Part shown: piece by piece, positions 10,723-20,680 of the stretch | How the letters are laid out: each line of letters begins with the position of its first letter | Position numbering within the stretch: position 1 is the first letter of the stretch | Origin: a virus | Reading direction: 5' to 3' (one strand) | IMG/VR virus record: IMGVR_UViG_3300044826_000112 | Length of the DNA: 64,000 nucleotides | Program-made: the position numbers and the translations under genes | Notes under the pieces: generated by a model | What the model was told of the DNA's origin: nothing | Database searches by the model: none | Seen by the model: the letters and a program-made list of their open reading frames with translations, nothing else

Positions 10723-11811
10723 ATGGCTCAATATCCAGTGTTGTATAAGAAGGATCGAAAAGGTCGTGTCCGAACCTGGACTGCATACGTCAGCCCGATG
10801 CCCGATGGATCTGCTGTATTGGGCACTTCTTCAGGGTTGCTCGGAGGTAAGATGGTGGTCCAAGAGATCGCCATCACTGAAGGGAAGAACATTGGGCGTT
10901 CCAATGAGACTACTCCACTCGAGCAGGCTCATAAGGAGGCGGCAGCTCTCGTTCAGTTCAAGATCAACCGTGATCGTATGGCTGAAACCTTGATTGACGA
11001 CGACGAGATTCACCCTGCACAAGCCCAGTACTACAACAAGTATGCATACAAGTTGCCTGAGATCGTCATCGCTCAGCCAAAGCTGAACGGTATCCGAGCC
11101 TTCATCCGCAAGATTGAAGGTGAGATCCTGGTATTCTCCAAGCGTGGCGTCCGCTACCCAGTAATGGAAGCCAAGTTCGGAGCATACCTGAAGGTGATGA
11201 TGCGGGATGGTGAGATTCTGGATGGGGAGTTCTACATCCATGGCGTTGCTCTTCGTCTCATCGGGTCTGCAGTTAAGAAGCAAGGTCCTCTTACCCCTCA
11301 GGTGGAGTTCCATGTCTTCGATATGCCATCCCTACGGGTACGAGCAGAAGACCGTCTTCGTGCGGTTCATGAGCGGTTCCATAACACGGCCACTCGTGGT
11401 GCACAGATCATGGTCGTACCATCAGAGAAGATCAACAAGGCTGACTGCCCGGTGTACCGTCGCCGCCAGGAAGACTTGGGCTTCGAGGGTGCGATGTACC
11501 GCGATCCTGATGGTGAATACGAAGGCGGTGTTCGTGGTTACACCATCATGAAGGATAAGGATGAGTTCGATAGCGAGTTCCTCTGCATCGACACAACTAT
11601 TGACCGAGAAGGTCAAGGTCTCCTAGTCTGCGTGATGGATAATGGCGGTACCTTTGAGGTCCGTATGACCGGTCCGGATGCTGTCCGTACCGATATCGTT
11701 CAACATCCTGAGAACTGGAAAGGTAAGATGATCACCGTCAAGTACAACGATGTGCTCGATAGTGGGATTCCCCAATTCGCTCGAGGGATTGCCGCAAGGG
11801 ATTATGAGTAA
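10723..11811 (+). CDS. ATP-dependent DNA ligase
   Basis: Motif I QPKLNGIRA, LDGEF, FHVFD, EGAM, C-terminal OB fold (GKMITVKY...PQF). Confidence 0.88.
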   Translation: MAQYPVLYKKDRKGRVRTWTAYVSPMPDGSAVLGTSSGLLGGKMVVQEIAITEGKNIGRSNETTPLEQAHKEAAALVQFKINRDRMAETLIDDDEIHPAQAQYYNKYAYKLPEIVIAQPKLNGIRAFIRKIEGEILVFSKRGVRYPVMEAKFGAYLKVMMRDGEILDGEFYIHGVALRLIGSAVKKQGPLTPQVEFHVFDMPSLRVRAEDRLRAVHERFHNTATRGAQIMVVPSEKINKADCPVYRRRQEDLGFEGAMYRDPDGEYEGGVRGYTIMKDKDEFDSEFLCIDTTIDREGQGLLVCVMDNGGTFEVRMTGPDAVRTDIVQHPENWKGKMITVKYNDVLDSGIPQFARGIAARDYE

Positions 11812-12020
11812 TGCAATGTAGCTGTGGTGGTACTGCAAAGGGTGTCGATCAGGAACGCACCAAGAAAGGTGTTGTTCTTGCTAGACTGACTTACAACGAG
11901 TGCACCTCCTGCGGGAGAGTGTCGGATGCAGATCTGTTCAAACTCAATGAGAAGTCGGGGGAACTCGAGTACGTAACATCTGGAAGGCCGGGTCCGCATT
12001 GGGCGGATCACGGTTTCTAA
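11811..12020 (+). CDS. Small Zn-ribbon protein
   Basis: CSC...CTSC; coupled to the ligase gene. Confidence 0.55.
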   Translation: MQCSCGGTAKGVDQERTKKGVVLARLTYNECTSCGRVSDADLFKLNEKSGELEYVTSGRPGPHWADHGF

Positions 12021-12164
12021 CAAAGGGCCTTCGGGCCCTTTTTAGTCAATAATGGGGATTTCGCCCTGGTATAAGTAAAGTACAGGAGAGATAACCACAA
12101 AGGTGATCTATCCTTTAACCACTATAATGAGATTCAAAAAGAAACACTTTAAGGGAAAACGCAA

Positions 12165-12302
12165 ATGAAAAGATACGTAGCTATTCTGTTGATCGTCGCA
12201 TTCGGTGTAGCCGGCAACATAGACTACCAAGATCAACTCTATCGTCAGTGCAAAGCTAGTCAACCTGACGACATCAAGGCCTGTGTGGAGAATTCAAAAT
12301 GA
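12165..12302 (+). CDS. Small hypothetical membrane/secreted peptide (45 aa, not in track)
   Basis: MKRYVAILLIVAFGVAGNIDYQDQ...; RBS AAGGG; overlaps next start. Confidence 0.5.
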   Translation: MKRYVAILLIVAFGVAGNIDYQDQLYRQCKASQPDDIKACVENSK

Positions 12303-12610
12303 TCCAACAGATCCTTGCAGACCGAAAAATTCCCACGTTGCCGTGTGATCTTCAGTATCTCGACGCGGCAACTATAAGTATCCTGTTCCACAACCCATCT
12401 GATTCTCTGGATGCGTGGGCAGTTAGACTTCGCAGTGGCGAGGTCGTACTATTGATTCCTGACACAGAGGATAAGGCGTGGTTGTTCGTAGAGGAAGAGG
12501 GTCAGATCTGGATCTTAGGCGATGACGGCATACGTGTCCGAATGACTAGAGCTCAAATCGAATCCCGGATAGATGAACCTCTGAGACGCTGCCGACATCG
12601 TCTGCGTTGA
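12299..12610 (+). CDS. Hypothetical protein
   Basis: GGAG RBS. Confidence 0.55.
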   Translation: MIQQILADRKIPTLPCDLQYLDAATISILFHNPSDSLDAWAVRLRSGEVVLLIPDTEDKAWLFVEEEGQIWILGDDGIRVRMTRAQIESRIDEPLRRCRHRLR

Positions 12611-12681
12611 GTGGTGTGGTGTAACTAAGAGAGGTCAACTCTCTTTTTTACCTAAAATCACCCCAACGATAGGAGATTTGT

Positions 12682-13305
12682 ATGGACTGGACTGAACTAG
12701 ACATCGACCAAGCTGCAGAAGAAGTTTGGAAAAGAAACCACACACGCACAAAACTTGATACAATCAAGGCGATGATGCGTGGAGAAAAGGAGACACCACA
12801 TGCCCTTACAGGTTATAGACGAGATGCTGATTTCAAACAGCAACAGATCGCTCTCGGACAGGTTGCTGAACGACTGGCTGCTGCCCGCCTTGACAAGCTT
12901 GACCCTACTGCACGTCATTTGCTCGCTCCCGATAACAACAACAGCCGTGATATCTACGTTGCTCGGGGTGGGAATCTGGCACCTGATCAAGGCTATCAGG
13001 TTAAAGTGGGTGACCCGAACGAACACATCTACTATACGCTACGTGACAGACTCCGATCAGGAAATAACGATTCAATCATCCTCGACGGGAGTCTCTATCA
13101 CTCAGGGTCGCTACAAGGGTTCACTCCATATAAAGGTGAAACCTTAAAGCAGCTGCTGGATGAGACTGGTACAGAGGTGATCGGGATGCCTGGGCTGACC
13201 TCGTTGGCCAAAACTATCCGGGATCGAGAGGCTTCTAACAGTACTCTGGAACGTGGAATGCTAAAGATCGTTGAGATTGCAAAAAAACTTCGATATGGCT
13301 ATTGA
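12682..13305 (+). CDS. Hypothetical protein
   Basis: AGGAG RBS. Confidence 0.65.
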   Translation: MDWTELDIDQAAEEVWKRNHTRTKLDTIKAMMRGEKETPHALTGYRRDADFKQQQIALGQVAERLAAARLDKLDPTARHLLAPDNNNSRDIYVARGGNLAPDQGYQVKVGDPNEHIYYTLRDRLRSGNNDSIILDGSLYHSGSLQGFTPYKGETLKQLLDETGTEVIGMPGLTSLAKTIRDREASNSTLERGMLKIVEIAKKLRYGY

Positions 13306-13329
13306 CACAACGATCCTATGAGCTATTAT
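13302..13329 (+). promoter_or_regulatory. sigma70-like promoter
   Basis: TTGACA-N16-TATTAT. Confidence 0.55.
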
Positions 13330-13353
13330 GAGCATACTTCCTCAACAACCTAA

Positions 13354-13581
13354 ATGGTGAATGACATGAACGCTCGTAAAGCTCGCTTTGTAAAACCTTC
13401 TGGCTCTACCTACGAAGTACGTCCTGTAATGCCCAAGGGCAAAACCGGCCGTTACGGTAAAGCTCCGGAGAGCATCCGCCTCCAGGCCGCATCCTCTGAA
13501 GATGCAATCCGCCGGGCCGTAGTTTCTGGGTTCATCCCCAGCAACACCGTGATGCAGTACTACGAAGCTGCCCTGATTTAA
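13354..13581 (+). CDS. Hypothetical early protein (probable start at the second Met)
   Basis: Follows a sigma70 promoter and precedes a terminator. Confidence 0.6.
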   Translation: MVNDMNARKARFVKPSGSTYEVRPVMPKGKTGRYGKAPESIRLQAASSEDAIRRAVVSGFIPSNTVMQYYEAALI

Positions 13582-13660
13582 GATTTGCCCGTTTTGATGA
13601 CATAGCTCCCCAGCTTCCCCCGGTGGTCCTCCTCAGCCCCGGGGGCTTTTTCTTTGTGCG

Positions 13661-13990
13661 ATCGACACATGTGTCTGGTCACTTTGAGTCCTCACCACAC
13701 CGCATATCGTTGATTCCATAGGCTTTTTAAGGCCGATGTGTCGGTTGTGTCGATTGTTCCACCCCAAAATACATACTCCTTTCCTTAGAACACCCAATGT
13801 GTCTTATTCTATATATCTCTCTATCTCTCGTAAGGAAAATAAAAATAAATAAATAAGAGGGGCGGTTAGGGATTTTCATGTACGGGGTGTTTTTGGGCCC
13901 TGGAACACCGACACATCGCACACATCCGACCGGTTTTCATTGAGATACTCAAGAACTCCTAATCGACACATCGAAAAGTGCCTGGAACAC
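13661..13990. repeat. Origin-like element, copy 1 (core 13734-13925)
   Basis: Near-identical to 39016-39208; CGACACAT/ATGTGTCG motifs in inverted orientation flank an AT-rich core. Confidence 0.85.
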
Positions 13991-14056
13991 ATACGTGCAC
14001 ATTTAGGCAGATCCTTGGTATAATAACTATGTAGCGATCTTACTAAGGGAGGACGC

Positions 14057-15418
14057 ATGGCAGTCGTCAAAAAGCTCAAGCCAATTGATATGACTCTTGA
14101 GCAACTATATGCTCATGAGAAATTCACACCTACTATCCGTAAAGCAATTCTCCTCAAGGAGGACTTCAGCAAGATCCAAGTGGACTATTGCGACAAGGTC
14201 TGTACTGTACCCAGTCGTATGAAGTGCCCGGACAACGTGTATCTGCAAACGTTCGATGAGCCGGTAGATATCCTGATTCTCCAAGAGCAAGTCCCTCTTG
14301 ATGAGAAGTGGAAAACCGGTCAGCAGGTCAACCGTATTCACCGCAAGATCATGGGCTACATGATGAACCAGGTGAATGACACCAACTTGTCTGTGGCATA
14401 CCTAGATCTCGTTAAGTGTCCGAACAAGTTCAACCCTGTGAAGGGTAAGCACAAGAATGCTACTGCTACGCAGATGGCGTCCTGTGCACCTTATCTTTAC
14501 GAGCAAATCCGGCAGGCTCGTCCAAAGGTAATCGTCAGTACCTCATCTGTGGCAACGAAGGTGCTGGGCTTGAAGAAGTCCAACTACAACAACCGTGGAG
14601 AGTTCCATCTGACAGACATCCCAGGCCTGGACTACCAGGTACCTGTGGTTCTGACTCTACACGCTTCTGTTTTAGTCATGATCCGGCAGAACGCCTCAGG
14701 CAAGATGTACGGTCCTGACTTCTTCTCAGTCATCCGTCGCGACTTCCAGAAGGCATGCGATCTGGCCAACCAGAAGTATGCAGCTGGTGATGTCCGCCTA
14801 GCTATTCAGCAGCTGAAAGCCAGGGGTGCAATCCAGTACTGCAAGAACATGGATGACGTTAAGAAGTACTATAACGAAATCATGGCCTTGCCTGAGAACG
14901 CAGTGTTCTCCTGGGATACGGAAACGACATCTCTCGACCCATGGTCAGACGATGCTCGACTCCTCTGCTCGCAGTTCGGATGGCGCCGGCCAGATGGCTC
15001 TCTCATTGGGGTATCCTTCCCGCTTTGGCACAAGGACAACCCGATGAATCCAGATATCATCTGGGACTATGTAGTGGACATCTTGATGCGGCCTAACCCG
15101 AAGGTTGGCCACAACGTCAAGTTTGATATCGTGTTCACTGAGGTGACCACAGGTATCCGTCCGGTCAACGTCTGCTTCGATACTCTGCTATGTGCTCACA
15201 GCATCAACAGTGGTATTCAGCAGAACTATAGCCTGAAGACTGTCATCTGGGATTGGACTCCGGAGACTGGCCTGGGCGGCTATGAAGACCTTCTGGATGA
15301 AAGTCTGACCGAGGAGCAGGTTGCCCTCATCAAGGCGGAGCTCAAGAAGGAACGTGACGCCAAGAAGGCGTTGGGATTAACCGACTCCGACGACGAAGAA
15401 GAGGAGTCAGAAGAATGA
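14057..15418 (+). CDS. DNA polymerase A, N-terminal part: UDG-like domain + ExoI/ExoII of the 3'-5' exonuclease
   Basis: LVKCP...CAPYLYEQI...RPKVIV...VLTLH (family-4 UDG-like); WDTET (ExoI); GHNVKFD (ExoII); DTLL..H...SLK; ends in an acidic tail. Confidence 0.85.
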   Translation: MAVVKKLKPIDMTLEQLYAHEKFTPTIRKAILLKEDFSKIQVDYCDKVCTVPSRMKCPDNVYLQTFDEPVDILILQEQVPLDEKWKTGQQVNRIHRKIMGYMMNQVNDTNLSVAYLDLVKCPNKFNPVKGKHKNATATQMASCAPYLYEQIRQARPKVIVSTSSVATKVLGLKKSNYNNRGEFHLTDIPGLDYQVPVVLTLHASVLVMIRQNASGKMYGPDFFSVIRRDFQKACDLANQKYAAGDVRLAIQQLKARGAIQYCKNMDDVKKYYNEIMALPENAVFSWDTETTSLDPWSDDARLLCSQFGWRRPDGSLIGVSFPLWHKDNPMNPDIIWDYVVDILMRPNPKVGHNVKFDIVFTEVTTGIRPVNVCFDTLLCAHSINSGIQQNYSLKTVIWDWTPETGLGGYEDLLDESLTEEQVALIKAELKKERDAKKALGLTDSDDEEEESEE

Positions 15419-15780
15419 GGATGTTCTTGATGGTTTTTCTACTGTTCGCCCTGTACTGCGGTGTCCTGTACCTGATCTGGTACAAGTTCAAGCAGCCAAG
15501 CTACGTGGGTATGTTGGATAGGCTCTATAAGGAGTTCCCGAACTGTGAGTTCGTGATCCTTTATGGGGCCAAGTCGAAAAAGCCTTACGGCTTTACATTC
15601 GAGCCCAAACTGAGTATGCTCCTTATCGTTGACATGGAATCTCTCAATCGCTTCCACAGGCCTCCAGAGCCTATGATAGCTTCTCCATTGGGGACTGATG
15701 AGATTCATGAGTTCGAGCTGATCGACTACATAAAGGAGAAACTCAATGTCCCTCAATCGCGACATCCAAATTCTGGTTGA
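15415..15780 (+). CDS. Hypothetical membrane-anchored protein
   Basis: N-terminal hydrophobic helix; GAGGAG RBS. Confidence 0.6.
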   Translation: MRMFLMVFLLFALYCGVLYLIWYKFKQPSYVGMLDRLYKEFPNCEFVILYGAKSKKPYGFTFEPKLSMLLIVDMESLNRFHRPPEPMIASPLGTDEIHEFELIDYIKEKLNVPQSRHPNSG

Positions 15781-16042
15781 CGATATCGGTGCCGTACTGG
15801 ACCAAGCCGGCGTACCTACTACTGACCAGCAAGGCCGCGGTATGAACACCTTCGCTCGTGTGAACCTGGTTCTGCAGTTCAATGCGAATCTGCAACAAGG
15901 TCTGAACGATGCCAACGCAGGTCTCGGCCTGCTGGGTGAGATCCTCGAGAAGCACGGTCTGAACCGTGAAGAAGAGCTGGCAATCCTCTTGGAAGACAAG
16001 AAGGCTGCCGAAGCTGCCAAGGCAGAAAAACCCGCTGAGTAA
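15746..16042 (+). CDS. Hypothetical protein
   Basis: AAGGAG RBS; followed by a terminator. Confidence 0.7.
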   Translation: MSLNRDIQILVDDIGAVLDQAGVPTTDQQGRGMNTFARVNLVLQFNANLQQGLNDANAGLGLLGEILEKHGLNREEELAILLEDKKAAEAAKAEKPAE

Positions 16043-16093
16043 TCAGCAAACCACCATAAGGCCCTTCGGGGCCTTTTCTTTTGGAGAGTAAAA

Positions 16094-16384
16094 ATGGAAA
16101 ACGTTGCAATGCCCCGTACTGCAGAGCCTATCGCTCCGGCTCTGGATAAGATCAAAACCCATCCCAACAACTGCCTGTTGGTAATCGACTTCGAAGCTTC
16201 CGGCCAAGGCACCATCGGACGCATCGTTAAGAGTGACGTAGGTGAGTATGCCGTCGGCACTAAAGTAGCGTTTCGTCGCAGCCCCTCTCAAGCCCTTCTG
16301 GGATTCGTAGAGGGTCAGCAAGAACCGCGTGTACTTCGCATCATCGTACACGCCCGTCAAATCATGGCAGTTATCGAGGAGTAA
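16094..16384 (+). CDS. GroES-like protein (divergent)
   Basis: GRIVK..., YAVGTKVAF, IIVHARQIMAVIEE parallel GroES GEVVAV/VKVGDKVLF/ILRESDILAVIE. Confidence 0.45.
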   Translation: MENVAMPRTAEPIAPALDKIKTHPNNCLLVIDFEASGQGTIGRIVKSDVGEYAVGTKVAFRRSPSQALLGFVEGQQEPRVLRIIVHARQIMAVIEE

Positions 16385-16386
16385 TC

Positions 16387-16881
16387 ATGCAAGGTCGTGA
16401 CTATCTCTTGGGCGTACAGCCCATCTCTCAAGTAATCGGTGAGATTATTCATCCAACCGATCCCCTGTTCTCTCAGATCCCCGGCATGTATGCCGTCAAG
16501 GTTCTGTCCCTGCCGATTCTCCCAAGCATGTACGAGGATATCTCTCGTAGTGCTGCGAGTGTTCTCTCGGTAGGTGACATCATCCTGGTCAGCGGATTCA
16601 CTACTGTGTACACCGATGAGCAGCTGCGTTCTGACGCAGCAGAGAACTCCTGGAACAGCGTTATAACTAGCGAGCTTCGCTACACGCAACGTCTGATAGA
16701 GGAGACTCGAGACGGTGGGGCTGAAGTTGGACATCCCGTGGCTGTAGATGATTCTCCAGTGCTTAACGGAGATCTGGCTCAAGCTACCATCCGTCGTTCT
16801 ATCGAAGACGATGTAACCCTGTACGCATCTATTAACCCGAGCAATATCTTCGGGAAGGTGTTGCAAGGTTGTGCTCGTTGA
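16387..16881 (+). CDS. Second GroES-like protein with insertions (tentative)
   Basis: AVKVLSL, LSVGDIILV, SINPSNIFGKV. Confidence 0.35.
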   Translation: MQGRDYLLGVQPISQVIGEIIHPTDPLFSQIPGMYAVKVLSLPILPSMYEDISRSAASVLSVGDIILVSGFTTVYTDEQLRSDAAENSWNSVITSELRYTQRLIEETRDGGAEVGHPVAVDDSPVLNGDLAQATIRRSIEDDVTLYASINPSNIFGKVLQGCAR

Positions 16882-16948
16882 ACTATATTATCCCAAGTGC
16901 GGAGTTGACCGCCTAACTACAACTTACCCTCATCTAGGAGTTGACCTT

Positions 16949-18199
16949 ATGAGTAAGAAAGCCACCCTTGCCGTGATCTTTGGTCGCTGGCAGCCCCTCC
17001 ACAACGGCCACCTGACCCTGTTTCAGGAAGCCGTTAAAAGTGCCAAGCATGTTCTCGTGTTCGTTGGCTCTTCCAATAAACCCCGTACCCCACAGAACCC
17101 GTTCTCAGCTGAAGAACGTATCGACATGATCTACAAGGTCTTCGAGAGCGGTCTCGAAGAGCAGCTTGAAGGCATGTACGACGTCGTCCCTTTGCCTGAC
17201 TCTTACATGGATTCCGTGTGGAGTACTGACGTTCGCCGCCTGGTTAACTCCTTTGCGTGTGACGTCGTTGCTGATTACGGTGATGAGATCCTCGATTCGG
17301 ATATCCTCGTCGTAGGTCACGAGAAGGATGACTCCAGCTACTATCTGAACATCTTCCCTGAGTGGAACGTGAAGAAAGTGCCGAACTTCAATGGCTTGAA
17401 CGCCACTGATATTCGTAACGAGCTGTTCAATCGTAAGCGTCCGGTAGACCCAGGATTCACTAACCGCATCGCCAAGTACTTGGCAGTGTGGTGCGGTAAG
17501 TCTGAGACTGAAGTCCAGATGTTCATGGACACTCGTCTGCGGAAGGACCTGCCTGCCCAAGTCGATCCTAAGGCCTCTGAGGAGCTCTCTAAGCAACTCC
17601 GACCGCTGGACCTAACCTACCTATCCATCAACGTGCCGGAAGGCGTACGCGAGTTCCTACGCGGTTACATGACTACAGACTCATACTTGGACATGATCGA
17701 GGAGACCTTCTCTTATGCATGCAACAAGATGACCTGGGGTCTGGCTCCGTACGCTCCTACCTTCGTGACTGTCGATGCGGTAGTGACCATGAAGGGTCAC
17801 GTACTGTTGATCCGTCGCAAGCAGTCTCCTGGCCGCGGCCTGTGGGCTCTGCCTGGCGGGTTCATCGATCAGGAAAATCCCCTGGTCGACAACGTGATTC
17901 GCGAGCTTCGTGAGGAGACTCGCATCTCCATCCCGAACAACAAGCTCAAGGACTGCATCACCAAGATGATTACTGTGGATGATCCGTACCGCAGTAAGCG
18001 TGGCCGCACTATCACCCATGCTGCTCACATCGATCTGGACAAACTCCCTGATAGTGACATTCAACAGCTCCCGACCGTACGCGGTTGTGACGATGCCGAG
18101 AAGGCACGCTGGTTCACCTTCAGTGAAGTTCTGGATTTCGGCTCTACCCTGTTCGAAGACCATGCAGAAATCATCAAACGTCTCGTATTCAGCAAGTAA
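16949..18199 (+). CDS. nadM: Bifunctional NMN adenylyltransferase / Nudix ADP-ribose pyrophosphatase
   Basis: GRWQPLHNGH, NPFSAEER, GHEKDDSSYYL, NATDIR; Nudix WALPGGF...RELREET; DPYRS.RGRTITHA; FEDH. Confidence 0.93.
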   Translation: MSKKATLAVIFGRWQPLHNGHLTLFQEAVKSAKHVLVFVGSSNKPRTPQNPFSAEERIDMIYKVFESGLEEQLEGMYDVVPLPDSYMDSVWSTDVRRLVNSFACDVVADYGDEILDSDILVVGHEKDDSSYYLNIFPEWNVKKVPNFNGLNATDIRNELFNRKRPVDPGFTNRIAKYLAVWCGKSETEVQMFMDTRLRKDLPAQVDPKASEELSKQLRPLDLTYLSINVPEGVREFLRGYMTTDSYLDMIEETFSYACNKMTWGLAPYAPTFVTVDAVVTMKGHVLLIRRKQSPGRGLWALPGGFIDQENPLVDNVIRELREETRISIPNNKLKDCITKMITVDDPYRSKRGRTITHAAHIDLDKLPDSDIQQLPTVRGCDDAEKARWFTFSEVLDFGSTLFEDHAEIIKRLVFSK

Positions 18200-18209
18200 G
18201 GAAACTGCT

Positions 18210-19736
18210 ATGAACACTATGCAAAACTCTCTCGTTAACCTGTACCGCTCCCACATCCAGGCCGGCCACGTGCGTGTCGAAATGAACGGCATCGCCCGGG
18301 AATTCGAACGCATGTTCAGTCCGAACCGTAACGTTCTGACCAATGCCGACGGCTACAAGTACAGCCAGTACCTGCAATACCCTGAAGGTACCACCTACGT
18401 TGCTTCCTACATCGAAGCTCGTGTCGGTGCCAAGCACAGTCGCATCCTCTGGTGTGGTCTGCAGGCTTTCCTGAAGGAAACTCTGACCGTCCGTATCACC
18501 AAGAAGATGGTCGACAAGATGGCCAAGATCGCCAAGTCTGCAGGTGCTCCGTTCAACTACGATGGCTTCATGCGTATCGTGAACGAGTTCGACGGCCGTT
18601 GGCCGCTGCGTATCCGTGCTCTGCCGGAAGGTGCAGTAGTCAAGCCTGGCACCGTACTGGCTCTGGTGGAGAATACCCACCCGGACTTCTTCTGGTGCAC
18701 CTCCTTCATCGAGACTATGCTGCTGCGTGCGGCCTGGTACATGACTACCGTAGCTACTGTCTCCAAAGACATCTACGACCTGTGCCTGGGTACTCTGGTC
18801 GAGTTCACTGACCTGAAGGGCGAAGCTCTGAAGATGGTTCTGAAGTTCATGCTGAACGACTTCGGTGCACGCGGTGCTTCCTGCCACGAAGCTGCGGTAC
18901 TGGGCGGCATGGGTCACCTGATGACTGGTTTCCGTGGTTCTGACACTACTGAAGCCTCTGAGGGTGCCGAGCTGTACTACAACCACAACATCGAGGAAGA
19001 TGCTCCGACCAAGACCGTACCGGCCTCTGAGCACTCCACCGCTGCGTCCGAAGGTGAAAAGGGTGAACATATCTTCAACTCCCGCATGATCAAGGCGTTC
19101 GGGGATGGCTTCATCTTCGCCTCTGTATGTGACAGCTTCGACCACTTCAAGAACGTGGCTGAGAACTGGCTTGGCAAGAATGCAGTAGAAGTCATGAACA
19201 TGAATGCCCGTCTGGTTATCCGTCCGGACTCTGGTGATCCTGTAGACATGGCTCTGGCTACTGTGGAGCTGCTGGATGAGAAGGTGGGTTCCACCCCGAA
19301 CTCCAAAGGCCTGAAGGTCCTGCATCCGAAGTTCCGTGTGATCTACGGTGACGGTATCGACTACAGCACTATCCTGGCCATCTTCACCGCTCTCATCGAG
19401 AACGGTTACTCCCCGGAGAACATCTGCTTCGGTATGGGTGGGGCTCTGCTTCAGAAGTGCGACCGTGACTGGGAACGCTTCGCTATGAAGGCCTGTGAGC
19501 TGGAAGTCATGGGCGTCAAGCGTCACGTCGGTAAGAAGCCGAAGACTGATCCTTCCAAGACCTCCAAGTTCGGCATCTACACGCCGCACCTGGTAGACGC
19601 GGAGATTGTCAACGTGGCTGCAGATGGTCCGGTTCCGGAGGGTGCCGTGGAAGTCTTCCCGGTAGTATTCGAGAACGGCTTCCTTCTGAAGGACTGGAGC
19701 CTGGACGAGATCTCCTCGTTCTCTGCCATGCAGTAA
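18210..19736 (+). CDS. nadV: Nicotinamide phosphoribosyltransferase (NadV/Nampt)
   Basis: DGYKYSQYLQYP, DFGARG, PASEHS, IRPDSGDP, YGDGID, FGMGGALLQ..RD...AMK. Confidence 0.93.
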   Translation: MNTMQNSLVNLYRSHIQAGHVRVEMNGIAREFERMFSPNRNVLTNADGYKYSQYLQYPEGTTYVASYIEARVGAKHSRILWCGLQAFLKETLTVRITKKMVDKMAKIAKSAGAPFNYDGFMRIVNEFDGRWPLRIRALPEGAVVKPGTVLALVENTHPDFFWCTSFIETMLLRAAWYMTTVATVSKDIYDLCLGTLVEFTDLKGEALKMVLKFMLNDFGARGASCHEAAVLGGMGHLMTGFRGSDTTEASEGAELYYNHNIEEDAPTKTVPASEHSTAASEGEKGEHIFNSRMIKAFGDGFIFASVCDSFDHFKNVAENWLGKNAVEVMNMNARLVIRPDSGDPVDMALATVELLDEKVGSTPNSKGLKVLHPKFRVIYGDGIDYSTILAIFTALIENGYSPENICFGMGGALLQKCDRDWERFAMKACELEVMGVKRHVGKKPKTDPSKTSKFGIYTPHLVDAEIVNVAADGPVPEGAVEVFPVVFENGFLLKDWSLDEISSFSAMQ

Positions 19737-19822
19737 ACCTCAAAGGGCCCTACGGGGCCCTTTATTTTTACCCACCAACTATGCCTCATTTCTCGGTATA
19801 AGTACTCTGAGGAGGGCCACAT

Positions 19823-20650
19823 ATGACAGCCTTAGATATCGTAATGGGATTGGATCCCGAGTTCCACATACGTGATGTAGTGGACAAACTGAAAATAGTG
19901 AGGACTTTCCAGGGCAAACTGAATGGTTACAACCTGGACCTCATGATCCCCATCGAGGACCGTGACGGAGAAATCAGTCACATGTCAGCTGCTCAGATCT
20001 CTGGGCGTACTCGCCAGGTGATCAATGAGGAGTTAACCGCAAGAGAGAACTACCTGCTCCAGGAGACGGGCATTCTTACCTCTCTTCGCACCTATCTCTC
20101 AGTCTCTCCAGAGCTCGATCGTCACCACGTAGATGATCTGTTCGAAGAGCTGCGAGAGTATGCCACTCCGGCATTGGCAATAGCAGACGAAATGACTGGT
20201 CCGATGATAGTCGGTCTCATCTTCTCACGGCTGAAGATGCGTCACTTCATTGAGAATGGTCAGTTCGAAGACCCTTACTTCCTGACGCAGATCGACTTCC
20301 CGATGTACGAACGTCGGCAGTTGGTCCATGCGGTACTGCGAAGTGGCGGTATGGGTTTTGTAGTTGAGAGCTACAAGAACCGCTTGATGAAGTACGATTT
20401 GGACTCCCTATCTGTGATAGATCGGCGTGTTAATCACTATCTCACACGGATGTTTTCTGAGATAATGGAAATCCGTAAAGGTGGTGAATCCTATCTCGAG
20501 ATGCGTGACATCAACATCTCTCGGGATGACGAGAGTCGCATCCTGCGACTGCTCGAGCAGATGGAAGCCGAGACTCCCTTGCATGGCGATGAAGTCATAT
20601 TCGGGCTGATCTCTGATTGCTATCTGCAGGGGTTCAACCTGTTCAAATAG
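19823..20650 (+). CDS. Hypothetical protein
   Basis: Own GGTATAAG promoter and GAGGAGG RBS. Confidence 0.7.
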   Translation: MTALDIVMGLDPEFHIRDVVDKLKIVRTFQGKLNGYNLDLMIPIEDRDGEISHMSAAQISGRTRQVINEELTARENYLLQETGILTSLRTYLSVSPELDRHHVDDLFEELREYATPALAIADEMTGPMIVGLIFSRLKMRHFIENGQFEDPYFLTQIDFPMYERRQLVHAVLRSGGMGFVVESYKNRLMKYDLDSLSVIDRRVNHYLTRMFSEIMEIRKGGESYLEMRDINISRDDESRILRLLEQMEAETPLHGDEVIFGLISDCYLQGFNLFK

Positions 20651-20680
20651 GGCCCTACGGGGCCCTCAACAGGAGGAAAT

